From Heptranchias perlo (taxonomy: Eukaryota), in assembly GCF_035084215.1 (NCBI RefSeq), contig NC_090370.1:62001-126000 (forward strand): a stretch of 64,000 bases of DNA, in the 5' to 3' direction. Below are positions 38,979-52,639 of the stretch, one piece after another (positions within the stretch are counted from its first letter, which is position 1; the number at the start of each line of letters is the position of its first letter). A program made the position numbers and the translations under genes. A model generated the notes under the pieces. That model ran no database searches. It worked only from the letters and a program-made list of their open reading frames with translations, and was not told where the DNA came from.

Positions 38979-39178
38979 NNNNNNNNNNNNNNNNNNNNNN
39001 NNNNNNNNNNNNNNNNNNNNNNNNNNNNNNNNNNNNNNNNNNNNNNNNNNNNNNNNNNNNNNNNNNNNNNNNNNNNNNNNNNNNNNNNNNNNNNNNNNNN
39101 NNNNNNNNNNNNNNNNNNNNNNNNNNNNNNNNNNNNNNNNNNNNNNNNNNNNNNNNNNNNNNNNNNNNNNNNNNNNNN
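38979..39178. other. Assembly gap (200 N placeholder)
   Basis: Exactly 200 N. Confidence 1.
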
Positions 39179-39199
39179 TAACATTTTTGGGAAGTGTAA

Positions 39200-40610
39200 C
39201 GTAGATTGACAGCACAGAAACAGGCCATTCGGCCCCAACTGGTCCGTGCTGGCGTTTATGCTCCACACGAGCCTCCTCCCTCCCTGCTCCATCTCACCCT
39301 ATCACCATATCCTTCTATTCCTTTCTCCCTCATGTGTTTATCCAGCTTCCCCTTAAATCCATCTCCACGATTCCCCTCGACCACTCCGTGTGGGAGTGAG
39401 TTCCACATTCTCACCGCTCTCTGGGTGAAGAAGTTTCTCCTGAATTCCCGATTGGATTTATTAGTGACTATCTTATGTTTATGGCCTCTAGTTCTGGTCT
39501 CCCCCCACAAGTGGAAACATCTTCCCTATGTCTATCCTATCGAACCCCTTCATAATTTTTAAAGACCTTATCAGGTCACCCCTCAGTCCAGAGAAAAGAG
39601 CCCCAGCCTGTTCAGCCTTTCCTAATGAGTACAACCTCTCAATTCTGGTATCATCCTAGTAAATCTTTTATTGCACCTTCTCCAGTGCCTCTATATCCTT
39701 TTTGTAATATGGAGACCAGAACTGTGCACAGTGCTCCAAGTGTGGTCTAACCAAGGTATATGGAGACCAGAACTGTGCACAGTGCTCCAAGTGTGGTCTA
39801 ACCAAGGTAAACGGAGACCAGAACTGTGCACAGTGCTCCAAGTGTGGTCTAACCAAGGTAAACGGAGACCAGAACTGTGCACAGTGCTCCAAGTGTGGTC
39901 TAACCAAGGTAAACGGAGACCAGAACTGTGCACAGTGCTCCAAGTGTGGTCTAACCCAGGTAAACGGAGACCAGAACTGTGCACAGTGCTCCAAGTGTGG
40001 TCTAACCAAGGTAAACAGAGACCAGAACTGTGCACAGTGCTCCAAGTGGGGTCTAACCAAGGTATATGGAGACCAGAACTGTGCACAGTGCTCCAAGTGT
40101 GGTCTAACCAAGGTATACGGAGACCAGAACTGTGCACAGTGCTCCAAGTGTGGTCTAACCAAGGTAAACGGAGATCAGAACTGTGCACAGTGCTCCAAGT
40201 GGGGTCTAACCCAGGTATATGGAGACCAGAACTGTGCACAGTGCTCCAAGTGTGGTCTAACCAAGGTAAACGGAGACCAGAACTGTGCACAGTGCTCCAA
40301 GTGGGGTCTAACCAAGGTATACGGAGACCAGAACTGTGCACAGTGCTCCAAGTGTGGTCTAACCAAGGTAAACGGAGACCAGAACTGTGCACAGTGCTCC
40401 AAGTGTGGTCTAACCCAGGTAAACGGAGACCAGAACTGTGCACAGTGCTCCAAGTGTGGTCTAACCAAGGTAAACGGAGACCAGAACTGTGCACAGTGCT
40501 CCAAGTGTGGTCTAACCAAGGTAAACGGAGACCGGAACTGTGCACAGTGCTCCAAGTGTGGTCTAACCAAGGTTCTATACAAGTTCAACACAACTTCTCT
40601 GCTTTTCAAT
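39200..40610 (-). mobile_element. CR1 LINE 3' fragment with a 51-bp array of about 17 copies (39710-40572)
   Basis: [27 protein letters not shown](F/Y)T repeats, then YKKDIEALEKVQ. Confidence 0.9.
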
Positions 40611-40965
40611 GGTGTTCACAGGCATCCATTACAAGGCACGGCTTAAAATGGATTAAATGACTTGACTCTCATCGCAACGGCTTCGACTCAATCAAATCTG
40701 CTGCAGCTACCCTGCCACTTCCAGCCCCCACCCTCCTCCCCGGGACTTCAAACTCCCGCCAGCTGGGACCGAGGGGCTATGGGGAAACGGCAGGGTGGGG
40801 CGACGACCCGGGGAGAGGCCGGCGAGGGCCCTGGGGAGATACGGGGTTGACAGACACAGTGTGAAGTGCGGTCGCTCCATGCCAACGGACCGGTCATGTT
40901 GAGATATTATGGTCTTGGTTCTTAAATATATTTTTTGAAAAAAGGCCCATCTTTTGAATAACTCA

Positions 40966-41178
<213 letters not shown>

Positions 41179-41865
41179 TTAGTCTCACGTACAGCTACAA
41201 CTCCCACTGACACAGGACCTTTAAAACGTCCCCAAGGCGCTTCACAGGAGCGTAAATCAGACAGATAAGGAGGTATCAGGGACCGGTGATCAAAAGCTCG
41301 GTCAAAGAGGTGGGTTTTAAGGAGCGTCTTAAAAGGAGGAGAGAGAGAGAGGCGGAGAGGTTCAGGGAGGGAATTCCAGAGCTCGGGGCCCGGGCAGCTG
41401 AAGGCACGGCCGCCGATGGTGGGAGCGATGGAAATCGGGGGGGGGATGCGCAAGAGGCCAGAATCGGAGGAGCGCAGAGATCTCGGAGGGTCGTAGGGGC
41501 TGGAGGAGGTTGCAGAGATAGGGAGGAGGCCATGGAAGTTTTTCAATTTTTTTTTTTTTAAAAAGGCAGCGAGTTGTTATGATCTGGAGCGTGATGCCGG
41601 AAAGGCAGATTCAATGGTGACTTTCGAAAAGGGGGAATTGGATAAATACTTCAAAAGGAAAAACATTTGCAGGTGCTACGGGGGAAAGAGCAGTGAGGGG
41701 GGGGGAGAAAAAAAAGAGTGGAACTAATTGGATAGCTCTTTCAAAGGGCTCCTATGCTGTATGATCCTGTGAAATCCCAAGGCACTGGAGTGGAGGGGGG
41801 GGGGGGGAAAAGTGGGTCAGGCAGACAAGTGACCAGGGAACTAAACACGCCCCCGCCCCGCCTCA

Positions 41866-42195
<330 letters not shown>

Positions 42196-42329
42196 TTAAC
42201 CTCGGGCCGTCTGTAAAAGGGCGAAGGAAATAAAACAAAAAGCCCAGAGGGTCCCCCGGTTTGAATTCTCAGTCTGTACAATGACAGCTGACCGCAGCGG
42301 ATTAGGATGAGAGATTCTGAGGAATTTGC

Positions 42330-42725
42330 ATTTGTGTAGCCCCGTTCACAACCCCAGGACGGCCCCGACGCAGTCTGCAGCCAATTAAGGACGTTCGAGA
42401 AGTGTGGTCTCTGTTGTAACGCAGGGAAACGCGGCCAACAATTTGCGCACAGCAAGCTCCCACAAACGGCAAGGTGACGACGACCGGAAAATCTGGTTTC
42501 AGTGATGTTGGTCGAGGGATAAATATCGGGCCCCAGGACACCGGGGAGGACCCCCCCCCCCCCCCCGCCCCGCTGTTCTTCTTCGAAATAGTGGCCGTGG
42601 GATCTTTTACGTCCACCCGGGAGGCGGACTTTTTAAAAGTGCACTTCAAAAAGAACTTAATTGTCTGTGAAATACTTTGGGATGTTCCGAGGTCACGAAA
42701 GGCGCCTTATAAATGCAAGTCTTTC
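42330..42725 (-). mobile_element. Deu-domain SINE fragments (inverted pair of tail pieces)
   Basis: Reverse complement of the SINE core, followed by a plus-strand SINE tail. Confidence 0.7.
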
Positions 42726-42734
42726 TTCTGAGAG

Positions 42735-44855
42735 ATATGGGGGGGGGGGGGGGGGGAAAGACGGTGGGATGGAGGGTGGGGGGGGCGGGGGAAAGGAAGA
42801 CGGTGGGATGGAGGGATATGGGGGGTGGGGGGGCAGACGGTGGGATATTGGGGGGGACGGGGACGGTGGGATGGAGGGATATGGGGGAGAGACAGTGGGA
42901 TGGGGCGATATGGGGGAGGGGGAAGACAGTGGGATGGAGGGATATGGGGGAGCGGGGGAAGACGGTGGGATGGAGGGATATGGAGGGGGTGGGGAAGACG
43001 GTGGGATGGAGGGCTATGGAGGGGGCGGGGAAGACGGTGGGATGGAGGGATATGGGGGGGGGGGGGGGGAAGACAGTGGGATGGAGGGATATGGGGGGTG
43101 AGACGGTGGGATGGAGGGATATGGAGGGGGTGGGGAAGACAGTGGGATGGAGGGCGATGGAGGGGGCGGGGAAGACGGTGGGATGGAGGGATATGGGGGG
43201 GGGGGGGGGAAGACAGTGGGATGGAGGGATATGGGGGGGGGGGGAAGACGGTGGGATGGAGGGATATGGGGGGTGAGACGGTGGGATGGAGGGATATGGG
43301 GGGGAAGACAGTGGGATGGAGGGATATGGGGGGGAAGACGGTGGGATGGAGGGATATGGGGGGTGAGACGGTGGGATGGAGGGATATGGGTGGGGGGGAA
43401 GACAGTGGGATGGAAGGATATGGGGGGGGAAGACAGTGGGATGGAGGGATATGGGGGGGAAGATGGTGGGAGACAGTGGGATGGAGGGATATGGGGGGGG
43501 GGGAAAGACAGTGGGATGGAGGGATATGGAGGGGGCGGGGAAGACGGTGGGATGGAGGGATATGGAGGGGGCGGGGAAGACGGTGGGATGGAGGGATATG
43601 GGGGGGGGGGGGGGAAGACAGTGGGATGGAGGGATATGGGGGGGGAAGACGGTGGGATGGAGGGATATGGGGGGGTGAGACGGTGGGATGGAGGGATATG
43701 GGGGGGAAGACAGTGGGATGGAGGGATATGGGGGGGAAGACGGTGGGATGGAGGGATATGGGGGGTGAGACGGTGGGATGGAGGGATATGGGTGGGGGGG
43801 AAGACAGTGGGATGGAAGGATATGGGGGGGAAGACAGTGGGATGGAGGGATATGGGGGGGAAGATGGTGGGAGACAGTGGGATGTAGGGATATGGGGGGG
43901 GGGGGGAAAGACAGTGGGATGGAGGGATATGGAGGGGGCGGGGAAGACGGTGGGATGGAGGGATATGGAGGGGGCGGGGAAGACGGTGGGATGGAGGGAT
44001 ATGGAGGGGGCGGGGAAGACGGTGGGATATGGGGGGGGGGGGAAGACAGTGGGATGGAGGGATATGGGGGGGGGAAGACGGTGGGATGGAGGGATATGGG
44101 GGGGTGAGACGGTGGGATGGAGGGATATGGGGGGGGGGGGGAGAAGACAGTGGGATGGAAGGATATGGGGGGGAAGACAGTGGGATGGAGGGATATGGGG
44201 GGGAAGACAGTGGGATGGAGGGATATGGGGGGGAAGACAGTGGGATGGAGGGATATGGGGGGGAAGACAGTGGGATGGAGGGATATGGGGTGGGGAAAGA
44301 CAGTGGGATGGAGGGATATGGAGGGGGCGGGGAAGACGGTGGGATGGAGGGATATGGGGGCAGGGGAAGACGGTGGGATGGAGGGATATGGGGGGGGAAG
44401 ACGGTGGGATGGAGCGATATGGGGGGGAAAGACGGTGGGATGGAGCGATATGGGGGGGGGGGGAGGGAGGGGAAGAAGGTGGGATGGAGGGATATGGGGG
44501 AGCAGGGGGAGACAGTGGGATGGAGCGATATGAGGGGGGGGGGGGGGGGGGAAGAGAAAGACAGTGGGATGGAGGGATATGGAGGGGCGGGGAAGACGGT
44601 GGGATATGGGGGGGGGCGGGCGGGGAAGACGGTGGGATATGGGGGGGGGAGGGGAAGAAGGTGGGATGGAGGGATATGGGGGAGCGGGGGGAGACAGTGG
44701 GATGGAGCGATATGGGGGGGGGGGGGGTGGTGGTGGGGAAAGACAGTGGGATGGAGGGATATGGAGGGGCGGGGAAGACGGTGGGATGGAGGGATATGGC
44801 GGGGGGGGGGGGGGGGGGGCGGGGAAGACGGTGGGATGGATGGATATGGGGGGTG
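42735..44855. repeat. G-rich minisatellite of about 30 bp (GGGGAAGACRGTGGGATGGAGGGATATGGG)n
   Basis: About 2.1 kb tandem array in a CBX5 intron. Confidence 0.95.
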
Positions 44856-44932
44856 ATGGTGGGGTTGATACCTGACCAACAGTCAAGGTTTTCTGGCACT
44901 AGCTCTTCCCATTCTCTCGGGAGCGGGACTTA

Positions 44933-45322
<390 letters not shown>

Positions 45323-46643
45323 CTATCACCATATCCTTCTATTCCTTTCCCCCTCATGTGTTTATCCGGCTTCCCCTTAAATCCATCTCCGCTATTCCCC
45401 TCGACCACTCCGTGTGGGAGCGAGTTCCACATTCTCACCGCTCTCTGGGTAAAGAACTTTCTCCTGAATTCCCGATTGGATTTATTAGTGACTGTCTTAT
45501 ATTTATGGCCCCAAGTTCTGGTCTCTCCCTGCAAGTGGAAACATCTTCACTACGTCTACCCTATCGAAACCTCTTCATAACTTTAAAGGCCTCCATCAGG
45601 TCACCCCTCAGCCTTCTCTTTTCTAGAGAAAAGAGCCCCAGCCTGTTCAGCCTTTCCTGATAGTCATAACCTCTCATTCTGGTATCCAGCCTTGTAATTT
45701 TTTTTGCGCTTTCTCCAGCGCAGAGATTTACCAGAACGGTACCAGGGGGGTGAGGGGCTTCAGTTACGTGGAGAGACTGGAGAAGCTGGGGTTGTTCCCT
45801 TCGGAGCAAAAGAAAGAACTTGCATCTATCCAGCGCCTTTCAAGACCTCAGGACTTCCCAAAGCGCTTTACAGCCAATGAAGTCAAAACCGTAGGTCACC
45901 CATCACCCCCCCCTGTGCTCGCTGACCTACATCGGCCCCTAGTCTGGCAACGCCTCGATTTTAAAATTCCCATTCTTGTTTTCAAATCCCCCCATCCCTA
46001 TCTCTAATTACGGCCCTCCGAGATCTCTGCGCTCCTCCAATTCTGCCCTCTTGCGCGTCCCCCCGATTTCCATCGCTCCCACCATTGGCGGCCGTGCCTT
46101 CAGCTGCCCGGGCCCTAAGCTCTGGAATTCCCTCCCTAAACCTCTCCGCCTCTCTCTCTCTCTCCTCCTTTAAGACGCTCATTATAACCTTTGACCAAGC
46201 TTCTGGTCACCAGTCCTAACATCCCGTGTGGCTCTGTCAATTCTTGTTTAGTGACGCTCACGTGAAGCGCCTTGGGACGTTTTACTACGTTAAAAGGCGC
46301 TGTAAAAAATGCAAGCAGCTGTTCTCCAAAGTCGCCTGTTCCTCCCAAGCGTGCGACATACGGAGAACACATGCAGCAGGACACTTAACAGGGAGGGATG
46401 ACGTTTCCATGAAAAAAACTAAGCAGAAATTTTTAAAAAACGCTGAGGATGGCTGGAACGGACTCTAGGACCATGAAATAAAAGCAAAACACTGCAATAA
46501 ACCGAGGAACGTTAACTCTGTGTCTCTCTCCACAGGTGCTGCCTGACCTGCCGAGTATTTCCAGCATTTTCTGCTTTCGTTTGCGGGAACATGAATAATT
46601 TTTTTTTTAAAAAAAGCATTTATCTCTTACTAACTATTTGGTA

Positions 46644-46733
46644 TGACCTGACGAAGGAGATAATCTCCGAAAGCTTGTGATTTTAAAATAAAATTGTTGG
46701 ACTATAACCTGGTGTTGTAAGATTCCTTACATT
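46644..46733 (+). mobile_element. Solo arm of a related subfamily of the hammerhead-bearing element
   Basis: CTGACGA-A-GGAGA(TAA)TCTCC-GAAA-GCTT-GTGA. Direct repeat TAACTATTTGGTA at 46631 and 46734. Confidence 0.75.
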
Positions 46734-46792
46734 TAACTATTTGGTAATCTGAGGCCTAGGAATCACTTCCGAAATTGCAAGTGTTAATGAGG

Positions 46793-47010
46793 TGTAAACA
46801 ATTTTACAACACCAAGTTATAGTCCAACAATTTTATTTTAAAATCCACAAGCTTTCGGAGGCTTCCTCCTTCTTCAGGAACATTCACCTGAGGGAGGAGG
46901 AAGCCTCCGAAAGCTTGTGAATTTCAAATAAAATTGCTGGACTATAACTTGGTGTTGTAAAATTGTTTACAATTGTCAACCCCAGTCCATCACCGGCATC
47001 TCCACATCAC
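46793..47010 (+). mobile_element. Fold-back element (same family as 6211-6420)
   Basis: Inverted arms plus an identical tail. Direct repeat GTTAATGAGGTG at 46783 and 47012. Confidence 0.8.
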
Positions 47011-47744
47011 GGTTAATGAGGTGAGCAGTTCTGTGCGAGGAGGAGGTGTAAATGAGATTCTTTTATCAGGTCTTCTCTCCCTCCCTCCCTCCCCCCAGGT
47101 CTACCTGTGTTTTTCAAGCGACTCATCTGTCACTGTCTACACTCTGACCTAAATGGCACGGTTGAGATCAACAACAAAAACTTGCATTTATTCAGAACCC
47201 TTAACGTAGTAAGACGTCCCAAGGCGCTTCACAGGAGAGGTAATCAGACACGACATGACTCCGAGCCACACAGAACAGGTTTTAAGGAGCGTCTTAAAAA
47301 GGAGGCGAGAGAGGCGGAGAGGTTTAGGGATATCAGGCACAAGAGAGCGCCCCTCGGCACAATTCCTAGATTCTGCAGAATCTCGCTCCGGGGGCGGTCA
47401 GTGCCTTCCGTCCCCCTCGACACCCCAAGCAATTCCGTACACGGCGTTAAGCTAGCATTGCTTCTTTTAAAATAAAAATAACTCTGCTCGATCATCCCCC
47501 TCCCTCCCCCTCCGAAGGCACTGTAGCCGAATCAGATGCTCTCCGTGCCTCTTGACGGCACAGCGTTCAGACAGGGCTCGGGGGCGGGGAAGAAGTACCA
47601 GAGTAAATTCCAGAGCTTGGGGCTTGGACGGCTGAAGGCACGGCCGCCAAAGGTGGGGCGAAGGGAGTTCGCACGAGGAACGCAGAGTTGGCGGAGGTCG
47701 ACACGCTCGCTTGACAGCACATCATCTCGCCTCTGGGCCAGGAG

Positions 47745-48150
47745 GTTGTGGAGTCCAAGCCCCCTAACTCCGGAAACTCAAGCCCCATAATCCAGGCTGG
47801 TACCCCCGGCGCCGAGGGAGCGCTGCACCGTCGGAGGGGCGGCGCCGAGGGAGCGTGCGCCGTCGGAGGGGCCGTCTTTCGGGCGTAAAAGATCCCTCGG
47901 ACACCATTTTGAAGAAGAGCAGGGTAAGTTTTCCCCCATTTCCGGGGGCCAATACTTATCCCTCAACCAACATCACTAAAAAAGAGATTATCTGGTCATT
48001 TATCACATTGCTGTTTGTGGGATCTTGCTGTGCGCAAATTGGCTGCCGAGTTTCCTACATTACAACAGTGACCGCACTTCAGAAAGTACTTCATTGGCTC
48101 TGATGCGCTTTGGGACGTCCCGAGGTGGTGAAAGACGCTGGATAAATGGG
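47745..48150 (+). mobile_element. Deu-domain SINE with two copies of the 33-bp unit
   Basis: Same body and tail as the other copies. Confidence 0.8.
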
Positions 48151-51100
48151 AGAGGCTTCTTTCCCTCAGCCCAAAGTGGCCCTGGGACAAAGCGGGGTTT
48201 GTGGGACAGATATCTACGGACCCGCTGCTCTCCCGCCTCCTCTTCGTTTCCCCAAAAGCCAGGGCCGAACAATTCTTGATGCCAGGGATGTCTGTGTACA
48301 TTGCTCGACATGCTATTGCACAACACCTCAGCAGGTAGTAACTGATTAACACGCTGCCATCCACTGCGGTATAAGGTCGACAAACGAGGTGAAGAATTTC
48401 ACGTAAAAATACCCAGACGGTGCGATCACCTGGTGAAACCGCACCAGCCCTGCAACAAATCTGTAGGGACGTCAATAAATGTACTAACCCCAAACAGTGC
48501 AAGCTGAGATCAACAGGCGACAAGAAGCATTCGTAGCAAACTAAACCAGGCTAGGTCGCGGAGTCAAAACAGCCACGAGGGGGAATTAAACAGACAGAGG
48601 ATAAGGCTGGACAATTTAAGAGTACTAGTGTGATGATCTCCAAATAGCTTACTCCTGTCTATTTGTGAGTGTAGTGGAGAGACTAGAGAAGCTGGGATCG
48701 TACTCTATCAACTTGTATTTATACAGCGCCTTTAACATAGTGAGACGTTCCCAAGGACCTTCACAGGAGCGTAAAAATCAGACAAAATTTGACCCCGAGC
48801 CACATGAGATATTAGGACAGGTGACCGAAACCTTGGTCAAAGAGGTGGGTTTTATGGAGCGTCTTAAAGGAGGAGAGAGAGAGGCGGAGAGGTTTAGGGA
48901 GGGAATTCCAGAGCTTAGGGCCCGGGCAGCTGAAGGCACGGCCGCCAATGGCGGGAGCGATGGAAATCGGGGGGGGGGGGGGGGGTGCGCAAGAGGCCAG
49001 AATTGGAGGGGCGCAGAGATCTCGGAGGGTTGTCGGGGCTGGAGGAGGTTACAGAGACAGGGAGAGGAGGTGGTGAGGCGAGGCCACGGAGTGGGTTTAG
49101 ACACTGGGATGAGAATTTTAAAATCGCAACGTCGCCGGACTTAATTTGCCGGCGAGATTTAATAGAGGTGTTCAAAATTACAAGGGGTTTTGATAAGAGT
49201 AAATAAGGAGAAACTGTTTCCAGTGGCAGGAGGGTCGGTAACCAGAGGACACAGATTTAAGATAATTGGGAAAAGAACCAGAGAGGGGGAGATGAGGAAA
49301 CTATTTTTTTTAAATGCAGGGAGTTGTTATGATCTGGAACGCTCTGCCTGAAAGGGCGGTGGGAGCAGATTCAATAATAACTTTCAAAAGGGAATTGGAT
49401 AAATAGTTGAAGGGGAAAAATTTGCAGGGCTCTGGGGGGAAAGAGCAGGGGGGAGTGGGACTAATTGGACAGCTTTTTCAAAGAGCCGACACAGGCACAG
49501 TGGGCTGAATGGCCTCCTTCTGTACTGTATGATTCTATGTGCACTTAATGGATTTTTTTTTTTAAAAAGTGTGTAGAGCATTGACTGAAATCAGTGCAGG
49601 TTAAGCCAGGAACCAGCGTGCAGAAGCTGTAATATCACCAGCTCTCCCCCGGAGCTATTATCTGTTCTGGGTCACCAAGCTCTGGACAGGGGGGGCAGAG
49701 AAAGAAAAAGAGGGTGCCCACGGGACAGACAGACTGTGTAATGAGGAAAGTGGGACGTGCAACTTGGAATTGAAGTGAACGACGGGGTTCTTAGAGAGGA
49801 GTGTAGGGGCACTAGGTGCAATATGAAAGGTTATCAGAGTCACTGTTTCAGGTTGAAACACGACGATGGGACCAAGGGGACAAACTGGGGGAAAAGCAAA
49901 TCAGAGGAACGTGACTTGAGGGGCGAGCCCATCGGACACAGCACACAAAGGAATGGGACTGAGGGGAGAGCTCTTTCAGAGAGAGGGCACCCCCCCTCTC
50001 CTCCGCTGTGTCCCAAACTGGGGGAAATGCAAATCAAAGGAACGTTACTTGAGGGGAGAGCCCATCGGACACAGCACACAGGGGCGTTGGGCCGTAAGGG
50101 GAATGGGACTGAGGGGAGAGCTCTTTCAGAGAAAGAGAGGGCACCCCACCCCCCTGCTCTCCACTCTGTGTCCCCCTCACCCCCAACGCGCTCTCCGCTC
50201 TGTACCCCACCCCCCTGCTCTCCGAATTACCTGCTCCGGCCCTGTTAAATTCTATGATCCCACGTACAAGGGTGATTGATAGCCCAAAACTTGCCCGCAA
50301 AACTCAACCAAAACGAGAGAACGGTACAAAGATAGCGAGCTCGGTACAGTGCAGTTAAAAAAAAACCTTTCAATTTGCAATATCGTTCCTTTTGCCCCAT
50401 ACAGAAAAAGCGGACGAGTCAAATTGTTCAATCACCCACCCCCACCAAAAAAAATTAAACTGACTTAAGTTGAAAAAAATGTATTTTGGAAACAATGATA
50501 CAGTATTTTCTGCACCCCTCCCCTGCTGTTTTATGGCATTCAAGTCCCAGATTAGATATTTAAATTTGGCTGCAAATTACTCAATCTCACCAGAATCACA
50601 AGAACGTCACAGCACAGGAGTAGGCCCACTTTCACCAGCTCTCAAGAGAGCAGTGCCCTTCAATCGAGTCTCCTAAATAAATGCCAGCTCTCTCTCTCTC
50701 GCTCCAAACTATCCCCAGACCGCTTCCCTCTTTAAGCGCTACTGCCACTGATTCTGTTTCCACCGCTAATCGCTAATCAGGCATTCAGATTTATAAAAGG
50801 ATAGATAGATCTTGCATTTTTACAGCACCTTTCGTGGCCTCAGGATGTCCCCGAGCGCTTTACAGCCAATTAAGTACTTTTGAAGTGTGTTGTCATTGTT
50901 GTGTAATACAACAGCACCTTTAACGTAGTAAAACATCCCCAAGGCCCATCACAGGAGCGTAAATCACAGAAAACTGACACCGAGCCACGTAAGGATAGGC
51001 GATCAAAAGTTTGGTCAAAGCGGTGGGTTTTAAGGAGAGTCTTAAAGATGGAGAGAGAGAGTGTGTGTGTGTGTGTGTGTTAGTGAGGGAATTCCTAGGT

Positions 51101-51574
51101 AGCTGAAGGCACGGCCGCCAAAGGGTGCGAGCGATGGGAATCGGGGGACGCGCAAGAGGCCAGAATTGGAGATCTCGGAAACGCAGCAGCCAAATGGCGC
51201 ACCGCGAGGACCCACAAACAGCAGTGAGATAAATGACCAGATAGTCCGTTGTAGGTGTTTGAGGGATAAACGCTGGCCGGGGGAGAACTCCCCTGCGCTT
51301 CTTTGAATTATCTGAAGTTTGAAAGCACGGACAGCATTTGTTGCTCCATTAATGAACTACCAGTGCGAAGATTGAGTCTTGGTTCCAATAATCCCTTTTG
51401 TGACATCAAAAACTAAAATAACTTATTTTAAAACTTCACCCCCCCACAAAATACAAATCTTGCACACACATTTTGAAAGCATTTCCCTGTGCAACCACGC
51501 GGAGTAATTACTTCCCTTTTTGAACAAAATATAAAGAGAATTAAATGCTGCAGGCTGTTTATTTCCGTTGAAAA

Positions 51575-52450
51575 TGAAAGTCCAGGGGTTTACAAAACAT
51601 TGCAGTGCAATTTATTGCTAAAGAAAAGTTAAAGGGCTTATAAATCGATGGACGCAATTTGTTTCTAAAGGAAAGTGAAGGGTTTTACAGAAAATTGCAA
51701 TTTATTGGTAAATGAAGTTTAGGGTTTTACAAAACATTTATTGTTAAGGAAAAGTTATGGGGTTCATGAAACAGTGGGATGCAATTAGTTAGTTCCTAAA
51801 GGAAAGTTGTTTATAAAATATTGCAATGCAATTTTACTGCTGAATGAAGTTAAGGGGTATACAAAACGTTGCAATGCAATTTATTGTAAAAGTTCTGGGG
51901 TTCATGAAACAGTGGGATGCAGTTAGTTCCCCAAGGAAAGTTGTTTACAAAACGTTGCAATGCAATTGTAAAAGCTCTGGGGCTCATGAAACAATGGGAT
52001 GCAATTAGTTAGTATCTAAAGGAAAGTTGTTTATGAAATATTGCAATGCAATTTTACTGCTGAATGAAGTTAAGGGGTTTATAAAACGTTGCAATGCATT
52101 TTACTGCTAAAGGCAAGTAAGGGTTTCACAAAACATTGCAATGCAATTTATTGTTGAAGAAAAGTTCTGGGGTTCATGAAACAATGGGATGCAATTAGTT
52201 AGTATCTAAAGGAAAGTTGTTCATAAAACATTGCAATGCAATTTTACTGCTGAATGAAGTTAAGGGGTTTATAAAACATTGCAATGCAGTGTACTGCTAA
52301 AATCAAGTTAAGGGATTCACAAAACATTGCAATGCAGTTTATTGTTGAAGAAAAGTTCTGGGCTTCATGAAAGTACGGATCCCATTAGTTAGTTCCTAAA
52401 GGAAAGTAGTTTTTTCCCCCCCCTGCACTTTATTGCTAAACGAAAGACAA
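51575..52450. repeat. AT-rich degenerate tandem repeat with higher-order structure
   Basis: Recurrent TTGCAATGCAAT, GAAAAGTTCTGGGGTTCATGAAAC and GGGATGCAATTAGTTAG. Confidence 0.8.
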
Positions 52451-52522
52451 TGGGTTTCCGCAAAAGACTGCGTGCAATGCACTGCTTTTAATTTAACATA
52501 AATAAAACGATGCACACACACA

Positions 52523-52555
<33 letters not shown>

Positions 52556-52639
52556 CGCGTCCTGCAGAACCTTCCAGAAACACTGGGAAGCCCCAGAACC
52601 TGCAACACTGAATCAACACACAGAGAGAGAGAGAGAGCC

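Noticed and set aside
49882-50150. Two-copy tandem duplication of about 133 bp in CBX5 intron 1
   Set aside because: Real but unremarkable, with no functional signal identified.
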